Shown in pieces: positions 23,710 to 36,149 of a stretch of DNA of 49,886 nt. The notes beneath the pieces were generated by a model. That model saw only the letters and a program-made list of their open reading frames with translations. It ran no database searches and was not told the origin of the DNA. The stretch's first letter is position 1, and each line of letters opens with the position of its first letter. The position numbers were made by a program, and so were the translations under genes. The DNA is from Leucoraja erinacea (lineage: Eukaryota), in NCBI RefSeq assembly GCF_028641065.1, contig NW_026576938.1, positions 62,001-111,886 of the forward strand, in the 5' to 3' direction.

Positions 23710-24178
23710 AAGTACCAAGTAGCCAATAGAGTGTCCCCCACTGCCCTTACACCACAATGGGTTGCATGGTGCATACACTCTATAACCCATACTGCTAATG
23801 AGTCTGTCATGAGTTTGCCCTGCTGGAGTGGTCCACAGCCCAGCCATACAACCAGTACACATCACAGTTGTCTCCACCTGTCCTGATCTCCTTCAGTAGC
23901 CTCCTCCTGCAATTGAACGATTTCTTGGATGGGTAGGCATCCGTCTCTCCAAGGGGGGCTTGTTATTTATACTATTAGTCTGCCTCATTGTTTTAGGTAC
24001 CACCACCTTATGTTCCCATGATACTTTCTTAGCTACTAGGTCGGCATTATTATTCCCAATGTTCACTGGAGTCTGTCCTTTAGCATGGGAGCTACAGATA
24101 TTTGTCTGGGTAGCATTAAGGCCTTCAATAAATCTGTCACCTATTGTTTGTTTGATATTTGGCTGAGAGTTGTTACAT
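23710..24178 (-). mobile_element. Degraded endogenous retrovirus pol fragment (RNase H C-terminus to integrase zinc-finger start), class I/epsilon-like
   Basis: Frameshifted translation: VTDLLKALMLPRQISV..SHAKGQTPVNIGNNNADLVAK..IQEIVQLQEEATEGDQDRW..GLWTTPAGQ..MTDSLAVWVIECMHHATHCG. Confidence 0.75.
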
Positions 24179-24404
24179 TTTAGAAACATAGAAAATAGGT
24201 GCAGGAGTAGGCCATTCGGCCCTTCGAGCCTGCACCGCCATTCAATATGATCATGGCCAATCATCCAACTCAGTATCCTGTACCTGCCTTCTCTCCATAC
24301 CCCCTGATCCCTTTAGCCAAAAGGGCCACATCTAACTCCCTCTTAAATATAGCCAATGAACTGGCCTCAACTACCTACTGTCCCAGGCCTCAACTACCTT
24401 CTGT

Positions 24405-24842
24405 GTTTAAGAGGGAACTGCAGATGCTGGAGAATCGAAGGTTACACAAAAAAGCTGGAGAAACTCAGCGGGTGCAGCAGCATCTATGGAGCGAAGGAAA
24501 TAGGCAACGTTTCGGGCCGAAACCCTTCTTCAGACTGATCGGGGGCGGGGGTGGGCGGGGACAAGAAAGGGAAAAGGAGGAGGAGCCCGAAGGCTGGGGG
24601 ATGGGAGGAGACAGCAGGGGGGCTGAGGAAGGGGAGGAGACAGCAAGGACTAACAAAATTGGGAGAATTCGATGTTCATGCCCCCCGGGATGCAGACTCC
24701 CCAAACGGAATATGAGGTGCTGTTCCTCCAATTTCCGGTGCTGCTCGCTGTGGCCATGGAGGAGACCCAGGACAGAGAGGTCGGAGACGGAGTGGGAGGG
24801 GGAGTTGAAGTGCTGAGCCACCGGGAGGTCAGCTTGGTTATC
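24405..24842 (-). mobile_element. Penelope-like element 3' end (GIY-YIG C-terminus plus pseudo-LTR)
   Basis: DLPVAQHFNSPSHSVSDLSVLGL..RKLEEQHLIFRLGSLHPGG/MNIEFSQF, directly followed by the hammerhead-bearing repeat. Confidence 0.8.
24503..24536 (-). ncRNA. Minimal hammerhead ribozyme motif in the Penelope 3' end
   Basis: Minus strand: gt-CTGAAGA-a-GGGT ttcg GCCC-GAAA-CG-TT-gc. Confidence 0.7.
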
Positions 24843-25974
24843 AACTACCTTCTGTTTGTGTAGGACCTTCACATTGAACGCTGGGGCTCTGGGGCATGTT
24901 GTAGAGCAGAGGGATCTAAGAGTGGCAAGCACATAACTCCCTGAAACAGGTGTTGCAGGAAGATTAGCTGGCCAACAAGGCTTTCTGTAAATTGGCCTTG
25001 ATCAGTATGGGTATTGAGTATAGAGGTTGGGGTGTTATGTTACGATTTGTGAGGCTGCCATTCAGGACCGGATTTAGATGAAGAGAGGCCCTAGGCTTGT
25101 GAGGCCCCTCCCAATCCCCCACCCCAAGACTAGAGGAAGATGGAAGAGTCCACCAGATTGACACCGATTTGCAGCCGAACGTGGCCGATGAGATAAGGGG
25201 CTGGAGAGCTGCACTTCTATTTATTTATTTATTTATTGCCAGTGCTAGTGTCGAGTTATCGGCTTAAAACACTATTATTCTGAAATGGAGGGCAAGGAAA
25301 AATACTGAAGGGTTGACAGCATATGACAGTCCCTCCATCCCGGGAATTAACCTGGTGAACCTGCGCTGCACTCCCTCAATAGCAAGAATGTTCTTCCTCT
25401 AATTAGGGGACCAAAACTGCACACAATACTCCAGGTGTGGTCTCATTAGGGCCCTATACAACTGCAGAAGGACCTCTTTGCTCCTATACTCAACTCCTCC
25501 TGTCATAGAGGCCAACATGCCATTCGCTTTCTTCACTGCCTGCAAATAATAATAATAATAATACATTTTATTTATGGGCGCCTTTCAAGAGTCCCAAGGA
25601 CAAAAAATTACCAAATATTTACCTTACAAAAATTTAGCAGGTAGAGGAAAAACATGTAAGGGGAATGAAATAAATAGTAGAGACATGACTAGTACACAAA
25701 GTGAATACAGAATTTAATACAAAACACAGTATGAGGCAATTAATGCACAGATGGTCGGAGTGGACCTAGTGGGTTGAAGGTAGACTCGAAAAGGTGGAGT
25801 AACTCAGCGGGTCAGACAGCATCTCTGGAGAAACGGAATAGGTGGCAGTTCAGTTCACAAGTTCACGGAGTAGAATGAGGCCATTCAGCCCATCGAGTCT
25901 ACTCCGCCGTTCAATCATGGCTGATCTCTGCCTCCTGATCCCATTTTTCTGCCTTCTCCCAATAACCAAACGGG

Positions 25975-26440
25975 GCGGCGGGACTGTCATATGCTGAGAG
26001 AATGGAGCGGCTGAGCTTGTATACTCTGGAATTTAGAAGGATGAGTGGGGATCTTATTGAAACATAAAATTATTAAAGGTTTGGACACACTAGAGGCAGG
26101 AAAAATGTTCCCCATGTTGGCGGAGTCCAGAACCAAGGGTCACAGTTTAAGAATAAGGGGTAAGCCATTTAGAACGGAGATGAGGAAACACTTTTTCATA
26201 CAGAGGGTTGTGAGGGTTGTGGTTGTGGAATTCTCTGCCTCAGAGAGCGGTGGAGGCAGGTTCTCTGGATACTTTCAAGAGAGAGCTGAATAGGGCTCTT
26301 AAAGATAGTGGAGTCAGGGGATATGGGGAGAAGGCAGGAAGGGGTTACTGATTGGGGATGATCAGCCATGATCACATTGAATGTTGGTACTGGCTCGAAG
26401 GACCGAATGGCCTACTCCTGAGTCTATTGTCTATTGTCTA
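25975..26440 (+). mobile_element. CR1-like LINE 3' fragment
   Basis: KIIKGLDTLEAGKMFPMLAESRTKGHSLRIRG; (TATTGTC)n tail. Confidence 0.85.
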
Positions 26441-27249
26441 ACCCTTGATATCCGGTCTAATCAAGAATTTGTCTATCTCTGCCTTAAAAATATCCACTGA
26501 CTTGGCCTCCACAGCCCCCTGTGGCAATGAGTTCCACAGATTAATTACTCTCTGACTGAAGAAGTTCCTTCTCATCTCCTTTCTAAAAGAGCGCCCTTTA
26601 ATTCTGAGGCTATGACCTCTGGCCCACCAGCAGAAGAAGGTTCCCGAGACCCTCCTTCAGACTTCTTCAGAAGGACCTGTTTCCATGCTGCATCTTTCAT
26701 TAAATCAAGTAGCCTTGATCCCAGACTCAGTCTTTAATCTAAATATTTACACTGCTTGGATGGAGCAGACACAGACGTCATGAAGAAATTGCAATCGTCA
26801 TTCGGTATCCATGGTTACTGCGGTGGACACAAAAGCCATCCTGTTTCAATTCACTAGGAGATTGCTTTTCTTTTCTTTCACTATGAATTCCGTCTGAGGC
26901 CAAACTGCATCTGTGCAAGTTGTTCGATTGAGACACCAAAATAATATAGATCACTTTCCAAAGAAGGGTCTCGACCCATTCCTTTTCTCCAGAGATACTG
27001 TCTGGCCTGCTGAGTTATTCCAGCTTTTAGTGTCTATCTTAGATCTCTTTCCCCTTTGCTGCATTGAACAGCACAGCACAGAAGCAGGCCCTTCGGCCCA
27101 CAGTATCTGTGCTGGCCCCGGTGCCAGGTACATTTGCCTCCATCAAATAGAAGACACAAAGTGCTGGAGTAACTCAGCGGGTCAGGCAACATCTCTGAAG
27201 AAGGATCCCAGGAATGAGTGGGTTAACTACAGTTACTGGGTAATGCAAT

Positions 27250-28162
27250 AGATAACAGGTGCAGGAGGAGGCCATTCGGCCCTTCGAGCCAGCACCGCCA
27301 TTCAATGTAATCGTGGCTGATCATCCCCAATCAGTACCCCGTTCCTGCCTTCTCCCCGTATCCCCTGACTCCGCTATCTTTAAGAGCCCTATCTAGCTCT
27401 CTCTTGAAAGTTTCCAGAGAACCGGCCTCCACCGCCCCCTGAGGCAGAGAATTCCACTGACTCACAACTCTCTGGGTGAAAAAGTGTTTTCTCGTCTCCG
27501 TTCTAAATGGCTTACCCCTTATTCTTAAACTGTGGCCCCTGGTTCTGGGCTCCCCCAACATCGGGAACAATTCTCCTCCCTCTAGCATGTCTAAACCCTT
27601 AACAATCTTATGTGTTTCAATGAGATCACCTCTCATCCTTCTAAACTCCAGAGTGTACAAGCCCAGCTGCTCCATTCTCTCAGCATATGACAGTCCCGCC
27701 ATCCCGGGAATTAACCTGGTGAACCTACGCTGCACTCCCTCAAATAGCAAGAATGTCCTTCCTCAAATTAGGGGACCAAAACTGCACACAATACTCCAGG
27801 TGTGGTCTCACTAGGGCCCTGTACAACTGCAGAAGAAACTCTTTGCTCCTATATTCGATTCCTCTTGTTATAAAGGCCAACATGCCATTCGCTTTCTTCA
27901 CTGCCTGCTGGATCTGCATGCTTACTTTCATAGACTGATGTACAAGGACACCCAGATCCCGTTGTACTTCCCCTTTTCCCAACTTGACGCCATTTAGATA
28001 GCAGTCTGCCTTCCTGTTTTTGCTACCAAAGTGGATAACCTCACATTTATCCGCATTAAACTTCATCTGCCATGCATCTGCCCACTCCCCCATCCTGTCC
28101 AAGTTACCCTGCGTTCTCATAGCATCCTCCTCACAGTTCACACTGCCACCCAGCTTTGTGTC
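27250..28162 (-). mobile_element. CR1-like LINE 3' fragment
   Basis: DTKLGG..WQMKFNADKCEVIHFG..LYRALVRPHLEYCVQFWSP through to the 3' UTR. Confidence 0.9.
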
Positions 28163-28557
28163 ATTCGATGATGACTTTGTGAATGACATTGTGATGTTTT
28201 CGGTCGAGACCCTTCTTCAGACTGGAGAGTCTCGACCCGAAAAGTCACCCATACCTTCGCTCCAGAGATGCTGCCTGTCCCGCTGAGTTACTCCAGCTTT
28301 TTGTGGGCAGACAAAAAGCTGGAGAAACTCAGCGGGTGATGCGGCATCTATCGGGCGAAGAAATGGGTGACATTTCGGGTCGAGACCCTTCTTCAGACTG
28401 ATGTGGAGGGGCGGGAAGAAGAAAGGAAGAGGCGGAGGCAGTGGGCTGTGGGAGAGCTGGGACTGGTGTAGATGGGGCATGTTGGGCGGCAAGGCCTGTT
28501 GCCACGCTGTGTGACTCTGGCTCTCTAAAACTCGCTCCCTTGTCCTTCCTGCGTCAG

Positions 28558-28707
28558 GTGCGGCTTCCTGGTGCCCCAGTCATCTGGACTGTGCCCTTCT
28601 CCGTCGCAATCCCTGCACCGCTGGATTGCAGGACTGTGGCCCCTGCTTACCCGGATACCGAGAGGACGGTGACGAGAAGTGTATCCTCGAGGGGCATCAG
28701 ACGCAGG
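28558..28707 (+). CDS. NPDC1: NPDC1-like exon 2 (Cys-rich ectodomain)
   Basis: AASWCPSHLDCALLRRNPCTAGLQDCGPCLPGYREDGDEKCILE matches the NPDC1 CPxxLDCALxRRxxC..CGPCL..C pattern; polypyrimidine-CAG acceptor, GTGAGT donor, phase 1-1, 150 bp. Confidence 0.92.
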
Positions 28708-28839
28708 GTGAGTGGAGGAGACCTCGGTTTAGTTTCTTTTATTGTTACGTGTACCGAAGTACGGTGAAAAACCTTTAGTAGACAAAAAATGCTGGAGAAA
28801 CTCAGCGGGTTAGGCAGCATCTGTGGAGAAAAGGTGAAG

Positions 28840-29350
28840 CATTCTTGCTATTGGGGGAGTGCAGCGTAGGTTTACAAGGTTAATTCCCGGGATGGCGGGA
28901 CTGTCATTTGCTGAGAGAATGGAGCGGCTGGGCTTGTATACTCTGGAGTTTAGAAGGATGAGAGGGTATCTCATTGAAACATATAAGATTATTCAGAGTT
29001 TAGACACACTAGAAACATGCAGGAAACATGTTCCCGATGTTGGGGGAGTCCAGAACCAGGGGCCACAGTTTAAGAATAAGGGGTAAGCCATTAGAATGGA
29101 GACGAGAAAACACTTTTTCCCTCTGAGTTGTGAGTCTGTGTTCAGAGGGCGGTGGAGGCAGGTTCTCTGGATGCTTTCAAGAGAGAGCTAGATAGGGCTC
29201 TTAAAGATAGCGGAGTCAGGGGATATGGGGAGAAGGCAGGAACGGAGGGTACTGATTAGAGATGATCAGCCGTGATCACATTGAATGGCAGTGCTGGCAT
29301 GAAGGGCCAAATGGCCTACTCCTGCACCTATTGTCTATTGTCTATTGCCT
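28840..29350 (+). mobile_element. CR1-like LINE 3' fragment
   Basis: VQRRFTRLIPGMAGLS..LEFRRMRG; CR1 tail. Confidence 0.85.
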
Positions 29351-29561
29351 ATTGTGACATTTCGGGTCGAGACCCTTCTTCTTCTTCAGACTGATCTGCA
29401 GTTCCTTCCTGCACAAGTGAATGAGGAAGTGGGATTACATGGGACTAGTGTGAATGGGTGATCGTTAGCAAGCATGGACTCGGCAGGCCGAAGGGCATGA
29501 TTCCACCTGGTATCTCCAGACTAAACTAAACATTACATGTGTGTTTTTTGTTCTGTTCCAG

Positions 29562-29741
29562 CAACTCTCCTTGCTCCTGGCCTGAAACTCACCGACTCCA
29601 GCCTCAGCCACTCTTCGAGTGCCCACCAGAGCACAGAGGGACCCTGGGCCATGGCAAAGACCACCCCAGTCACTCACCCCACCAGAGGGGGGGACGAGAG
29701 CAAGAAGCTTTCCCGTCTGCTAAATGACGTGGTGTCGCTGA
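29562..29741 (+). CDS. NPDC1: NPDC1-like exon 3 (Ser/Thr/Pro-rich stalk); 3' boundary uncertain
   Basis: TTCTGTTCCAG acceptor, phase 1; TLLAPGLKLTDSS..RLLNDVVSL; the in-frame donor is GA|GTTAGG at 29742 (180 bp). Confidence 0.75.
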
Positions 29742-30024
29742 GTTAGGTAACGGGAGGCCGGAATTTCCGTGACCTGCCGACACTGGAATCTTGAGTGGAA
29801 CACAGAGTGCCGGATGAACTCAGTGGGTCAGCCAGAGTCGGTGGAGGGAAACGGGCAGATTATGTTTCGGGTCGGGTCTGAAGTGAAGTCCTGTCCATTT
29901 CCATCCACAGATGCTGCCCGACCCGCTTCTGTTTCTGTTTAACGAGAAGCCGGAGTGGATTAAGCAGGGGTAGGAAAAGGGAATGTGTGGGGGCAGGAGT
30001 GGTGGAGAGATTGGTTATAGAATG

Positions 30025-30440
30025 AATAAATGAATAAGTTTATTGGCCAAGTATTCACATACAAGGAATTTGCCTTGGTGCTCCGCCCGCAAGTGACAAC
30101 ATGACATACAGTGACAGTTAAAAATGACACATAAAACATTAAACATTAATAATAAAACATTATCGATTAAACATGTGAATTAAATAAAATACCAGAGCAA
30201 TAGGAGGCTACAGATTTCTGTCTGTTGAGTAGAGCTACTACTCGTGGAAAAAAAAACTGTTTTTATGTCTGGCTGTGGCAGCTTTGACAGTCCGGAGTCG
30301 ACTTCCAGAGGGAAGTGATTCACAGAGTTTGTGGCCAGGGTGAGAGGGGTCAGAGATGATGATTGCCCGCTCGCTTCCTGGCCCTTGCAGTGTACAGTTC
30401 GTCAATGGAGGGAAGGTTGCAGCCAATAACATTCTCAGCT
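30025..30440 (-). mobile_element. Rex1-like LINE 3' fragment
   Basis: IISDPSHPGHKLCESLPSGSRLRTVKAATARHKNSFF; the same 3' tail family recurs at ~7615-7820, ~14285-14500, ~43060-43190. Confidence 0.75.
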
Positions 30441-31671
30441 GATGGGAATAGCGGGGAGAGCTGGGAGGTTCGAGGGAAAGACGGAGAGGTGTGGAGAGAG
30501 GGAAAGGGAGGGAAGGAGAGCAAGGTGGTTGGGAGGGGAGGGTGAGATGGGAGAGCGGAGATGGAAGAAAGAGCAAATGGGGGGGGGGGGGCTTCAGACA
30601 GGAGAGAGAGCATCTGGGAGGAAACAAAATGGGCATGAGAGGACAGAAGGGATGGAGGCAGAGGGATGTGTGGGGGTGGGGGGAAACGGAAAGATGAAGA
30701 TGGCTAATTGGAGAGAGAGGAGTTGAGTGGGAAGGACCAAGGTGAGGGGAGTTTGTAGGAAGGTCAGAGAGATGAGGGGGGAGTGGAGGTGATGGGAGGG
30801 GTGAGGGGAGGGTGAGGGGAAAGGAGGGGAGAATGAGGGGAGGATTCACACCTTTTCTCCAATTAGCCACCTTCGTTCTCCCCATTCACACCCATTTATT
30901 TTCCACGTCGCTCTCCATCTCCCCCTTTTCCTCTCCGATTCCCTCTCTCTGACCTCCACTCACTCTTTTTTCCATCCCACTCATCTGTCTCAACCTCTCT
31001 CCCTTCCCCTCTCAACTCCCTCACAAACCAACTTGTAGAGTCATAGAGTGATATAATGTGGAAACAGGCCCTTTGGCCCAACTTGACCACACCGGCCAAC
31101 AATCTCCCAGCTACCCTAGTCCCAGCTGCCTGCGCTTGGTCCATATCCCTCCAAACCTGTCCTATCCATGTATCTGTCCAACTGTTTCTTAAATGATGGG
31201 ATAGTCCCAGCCTCAACTACCTCCTCTGGCAGCTCGTTCCATGCACCCACCACCCTTTGTGTGAAAAAGCTACCCCTCGGATTCCTATCAAATCTTTTCC
31301 CCTTCACCTTGAACCCAGGGCCGGAAATCCCGGTGGTGAGGTCGGAGGGGTTGACGAGGGGGGACACACGGCTTTGAGGGGGGGGGGGCTTTCCATGGGC
31401 TTCAGACGCGGGGGAGGCCCACGGCTTAAAATCAAGTGCTGCCTCCCGAGGCTTTTGAGACCGGTGCGGGGCCCCTCGACAGGCCGATTCAATCCCCCAT
31501 TCGGGGTTGCTGTGCTGGATCCAGAGTTTGGTCACCAACCAGGTCAGCTCCCGATGTTACCGTCCACAGGGCCCACGGCCGAAGCCTCCCGCTCCCTCTC
31601 CCCACATCCGTGGAACTCACTGCCTTGGAGACTGTCATTGGCAAATTAAAGTGATCAAGCGGCTGCATCGT

Positions 31672-32627
31672 CAAGTCAAGTCAAGTTTATTTGTCACATC
31701 GAGTGCTGAAATGAAAGTGGCAATGCCGCGACTGTTGTGACGCCCAACAAAACACGGGCAATTAAAACACAATCCCACACATTCGACATAATAAATAATA
31801 GGCCGATTGTAGAGTTAGTCCCTGATGAGAAAGGCGTTACAGTCCGATTCCTCTGGGGTGCATGGCACGAAGCTTTGCCTGACCGTGCGGCTGGAACAGT
31901 CCGTGCAGGGGTGAGTCTCTCAGAGTTGGTCACCTCCTGTTGTACCAGGTCAGCTTCCCCATAGTGATGTTACCGTCACTTCTCTCTGCAGAGCCTTATT
32001 GTCCTTGGCAGAGCAATTCCCGAACCAGATGGTAATGTTCCCGGACAAGATGCTTTCCACCGCCGCTGCGTAGAAGCACTGTAGGATCCTCGGAGACACT
32101 CTGAATTTCCTCATTGCCTGAGGTGGTAACGCACCTTGCCTTACTCACCATGGAGGCGTGTGATGACTATGTCATATCCTCAGGATGTGGACTCCCAGAT
32201 ATTTAAAACAGTTCACCCTATCCACAGGATCCCCATTTATCCTCAATGGAGTGTACGTCCTCGGATGATGTGCCCTCCTAAAGTCCATGATCAGCTCCTT
32301 CGTGTTTTTGATGTTCAAGAGGAGGCTGTTGTCCTGACACCAGAGTGCCAGATCAGCCACCTCCTCCCGGTAGGCCCTCTCATCATTGTCTGAGATCAGG
32401 CCCACCACCACAGTGTCATCAGCAAACTTAATTATTGAATTGGAGCTGAACCTAGCCACACAGTCATGTGTGTACAGGGAGTACAATAGGGGGCTGAGGA
32501 TGCAACCCTGGGGCGATCCTGTGCTCAGGGTGAGGGACTCCGATGTATTCCCTCCCATCTTGACTACCTGGGGCCTGGCGGTGAGAAAGTCCAGGACCCA
32601 GGCACACAGGGAGGTGTTGAGGCCCAA
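31672..32627 (-). mobile_element. Rex1-like LINE, same family as 4065-5285
   Basis: [27 protein letters not shown]; (ACTTG)n tail; 3' half riddled with small deletions. Confidence 0.88.
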
Positions 32628-32750
32628 TGGCGGAGTAGACTTGATGGGCCGAATGGCCCAGTTCTGCTCCCGGCACCTACGAACTCATGGCAGGGTCAAC
32701 TCGTTGGTCCATTGTCCACTGACTTTCCCTCCGTCCACCTCTCTCCCCAG

Positions 32751-32817
32751 GTCTGGTCATCATCTGCACAGTGACCGGTCTCCTCGGCCTGGCTGTGGCT
32801 GCTCGCTGTTGGTATCG
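32751..32817 (+). CDS. NPDC1: NPDC1-like exon 4 (transmembrane helix)
   Basis: LVIICTVTGLLGLAVAARCWY-R; CTCTCCCCAG acceptor, GTGAGT donor, phase 1-2. Confidence 0.92.
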
Positions 32818-33024
32818 GTGAGTCCCTGCTCTCTACACCATCCACAAGGCTGCAGATACACATGGAACACTGGAGTAACTCAGCGGGTCAGGCAGCATCT
32901 CTGGAGATGGAAGGACGGGTGACGTTTTGGGTCGAGACCCTTCTTCAGTCTTCAGTACCCCATAGAAACATAGACAAATGGGTGCAGAAGGAGGCCAATT
33001 GGCCCTTCGAGCCTGCACCGCCAC

Positions 33025-34740
33025 ACACTAGAGGCAGGAAACATGTTCCCGATGTTGGGGGAGTCCAGAATCAGAGGGCCATAGTTTAAGAATAAGTGGT
33101 AAGCCATTTGGAAAGGAGATGAGGAAACACTTTTTCACACAGAGAGTTGTGAGTCTGTGGAATTCAATGCCCCAGGTGGAGGCCGGTTCTCTGGATACTT
33201 TCAAGAGAGAGCTTGATAGGGCTCTTAAAGATAGCGGAGTCAGGGGATATGGGGAGAAGGCAGGAACGGGGTACTGAATGTGGATGATCAGCCATGATCA
33301 CATTGAATGGCGGTGCTGGCTCGAAAAGCTGAATGGCCTACTCCTGCACCTATTGCCTATTGTCTAATGCCATTCATTGTCCTCTCCCCATATCCCCTGA
33401 CTCCGCTATCTTTAAGAGCCCTATCTAGCTCTCTCTTTAAAGTATCCAGAGAACTGGCCTCCACCGCCCTCTGAGGCAGAGAATTCCACAGACTCACAAC
33501 TCTCTGTGAGAAAAAGTATTTCCTCATCTCCGTTCTAAATGACATACCACTTTTTCTTAAAGTGTAGCCCCTGGTTCTGGACTCCCCCAACATTGGGAAC
33601 ATGTTTCCTGCCTCCAGCCTGTCCAAACCCTTAATAATCTTACATCTTTCAATAAGATACATGTTTCAATAAGATACCCTTTCATCCTTCTAAACTCCTG
33701 AGTATACAAGCCCAGCCGCTCCAATCTATCAACATATGATAGTCCCGCCATCCCAGGAATTAACCTGGTGAACCTACGCTGCACTCCCTCAATAGCAAGA
33801 ATGTCCTTCCTCACATTTGTAGACCAAAACTGCACACAATACTCCAGGTGTGGTCTCACTGGGGCCCTGTACAACTGCAGAAAGACCTCCTTGCTCCAAT
33901 ACTCAACTCCTCTTGTTATACTTCCATCCGACACTAGGTGTCACTTAAACCTCAAACTCGGGTTGAATAACATATGATGAGCGTTTGTTGACACTGGGCC
34001 GATTTAGGAGGGGCCTTATTGAACCTTAGCAAACAGTGAAAGGCCTGCGTAGAGTGGATGTGGAGAGGATGTTCCCACCAGTGGGAGAGCTTCTCTTTCT
34101 CACACACCGAGTTGTGAGTCTGTGGCATTCTCTGCCTCAGAGGGCGGCGGAGGCCGGTTCCCTGGATACATTCATAGAAACATAGAAACATAGACAATAG
34201 GTGCAGGAGTGGGCCATTCGGCCCTTCGAGCCTGCACCGCCATTCAATATGATCATGGCTGATCATCCAACTCAGTATCCTGTACCTGCCTTCTCCCCAT
34301 ACCCCCTGATCCCTTTAGTCACAAGGGCCACATCTAACTCCCTCTTAAATACAGCCAATGAACTGTGGCCTCAACTACCTTCTGTGGCAGAGAATTCCAG
34401 AGATTCACCACTCTTTGTGTGAAATTTTTTTTTCTCATCTCGGTCCTAAAAGATTTCCCCCTTATCCTTAAAGAGAGAGCTAGATAGGGCTCTTAAAGAT
34501 AGCGGAGTCAGGGGATATGGGGAGAAGGCAGGAACGGTGCCTCCTGCACCTATTGTCTATGTTTCTATGAATGGCAGTGCTGGTTCGAAGGGAAGAATGG
34601 ACTACTCCTGCACCTAATGTCTATTGTCTATTGAGAGTCCAGGACCAGAGGTCTCAGAATAAAAGGACGTACCTTTAGAAATGAAATTAGGAAACATTTC
34701 TTTAGTCAGAGGGTGGTGAATCTGAATGGCTTTAGACGGG
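33025..34740. mobile_element. Cluster of nested CR1-like LINE fragments, both orientations
   Basis: Repeated CR1 ORF2 C-terminal peptides and 3' UTRs. Confidence 0.8.
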
Positions 34741-35234
34741 TTCTTCATTTAGACAGTCTTGATTTTCGAGACATTGAAGACAAAAAGGGTGGGGATTTTT
34801 TCTGACAAAAAAAAATGCAGATGTTAGAAACCTGATGTAAAATAAGAGTCAAAGACAGATGCTGCAAACTTGAGCTAAAAACCAAACCACTGAAGGAACT
34901 CAGCAGACCAGGCAGCATGTGTGGAGGGCAACGGACAGAGTATCGTTTCGAGCCAGGACCCTTCTTCAGACTGATTAACACTGCCGACTGAATCTGCTGA
35001 AGGGACCCGACCCGAAACGTTGCCTCTCCATGTTCTGCAGAGATGCTGCCCGACCCGCTGAGTTACTCCAGCGGTTTGCGTCTTTAGTTGCGAACTAACA
35101 TCTGCAGTTCTTGTGTCCCCACCAATTACATTTATAGTTTAAACCTCCCAAATTCCTCTCAATTAACCGACAAACCTGACATTCCTACAATCGCCTGTCC
35201 CACTTAAGCGATTTTTTAGGCTAGATTCAGATTC

Positions 35235-35710
35235 AACTTTAATTGTCATTGTGCAGTGTACAGTACAGAGACAACGAAATGCAGTTAGCATCTCCCTGGA
35301 AGAGCGACATAGAATATGAATAAATAAATCTATTTACATGCATACAGTCATAGTGTTTTTCCTGTGGGAGGAGTGTCCGGGGAGGGGAAGGGGGGTGATT
35401 GGCAGTCACCGAGGTACGTTGTTGAGTAGTGTAACAGCCGCAGGGAAGAAGCTGTTCCTGGACCTGCTGGTCCAGCAACGGAGAGACCTGTAGCGCCTCC
35501 CGGATGGTAGGTGGGTAAACAGTCCGTGGTTGGGGTGAGAGCAGTCCTTGGCGATGCTGAGCGCCCTCCGCAGACAACGCTTGCTTTGGACAGACTCAAT
35601 GGAGGGGAGCAAGGAACCGGTGATGCGTTGGGCAATTTTCACCACCCTCTGCAATGCTTTCCGGTCGGAGACAGAGCAGTTGCCGTACCATACTGTGATA
35701 CAGTTGGTAC
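35235..35710 (-). mobile_element. Rex1-like LINE 3' fragment
   Basis: CITVWYGNCSVSDRKALQRVVKIAQRITG..LPSGRRYRS..SFFPAAV. Confidence 0.8.
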
Positions 35711-36149
35711 AGGTTGTCGCCACATGGTCACCGTGGTGTCGCCTGCATGCTCGTCAGTGGTCTCTCTCCTCAGTCGCCCAAAGAGTTGTAGCGTCTTTGT
35801 GGTGGCCGCTGGATTTTCAACCTGCCGCGACTATGACAGTCGCCTAAAAATAACCCAAGTGGGACAGACCCATTACTAACAGCAGCATAACAGGCCTGCA
35901 AACTCAATACTCATACATAAAATAAATTTAAAAAACCCAATAAATAACAACACCAAAAATAAAAAAATACAGGTGCAGAAATGTCCAACCTAGACAGTTC
36001 ATAGTTTAGTTAATTTTAGTCAAGTCAAGTCAATTTTATTTCTATAGCACATTTAAAAACAACTCTTGTTGACCAAAGTGCTTTACATTAGTGCAGGTAC
36101 TAGCCTGCTACATACAGTGGTACATAGATCTAACAATACATACATAAAT

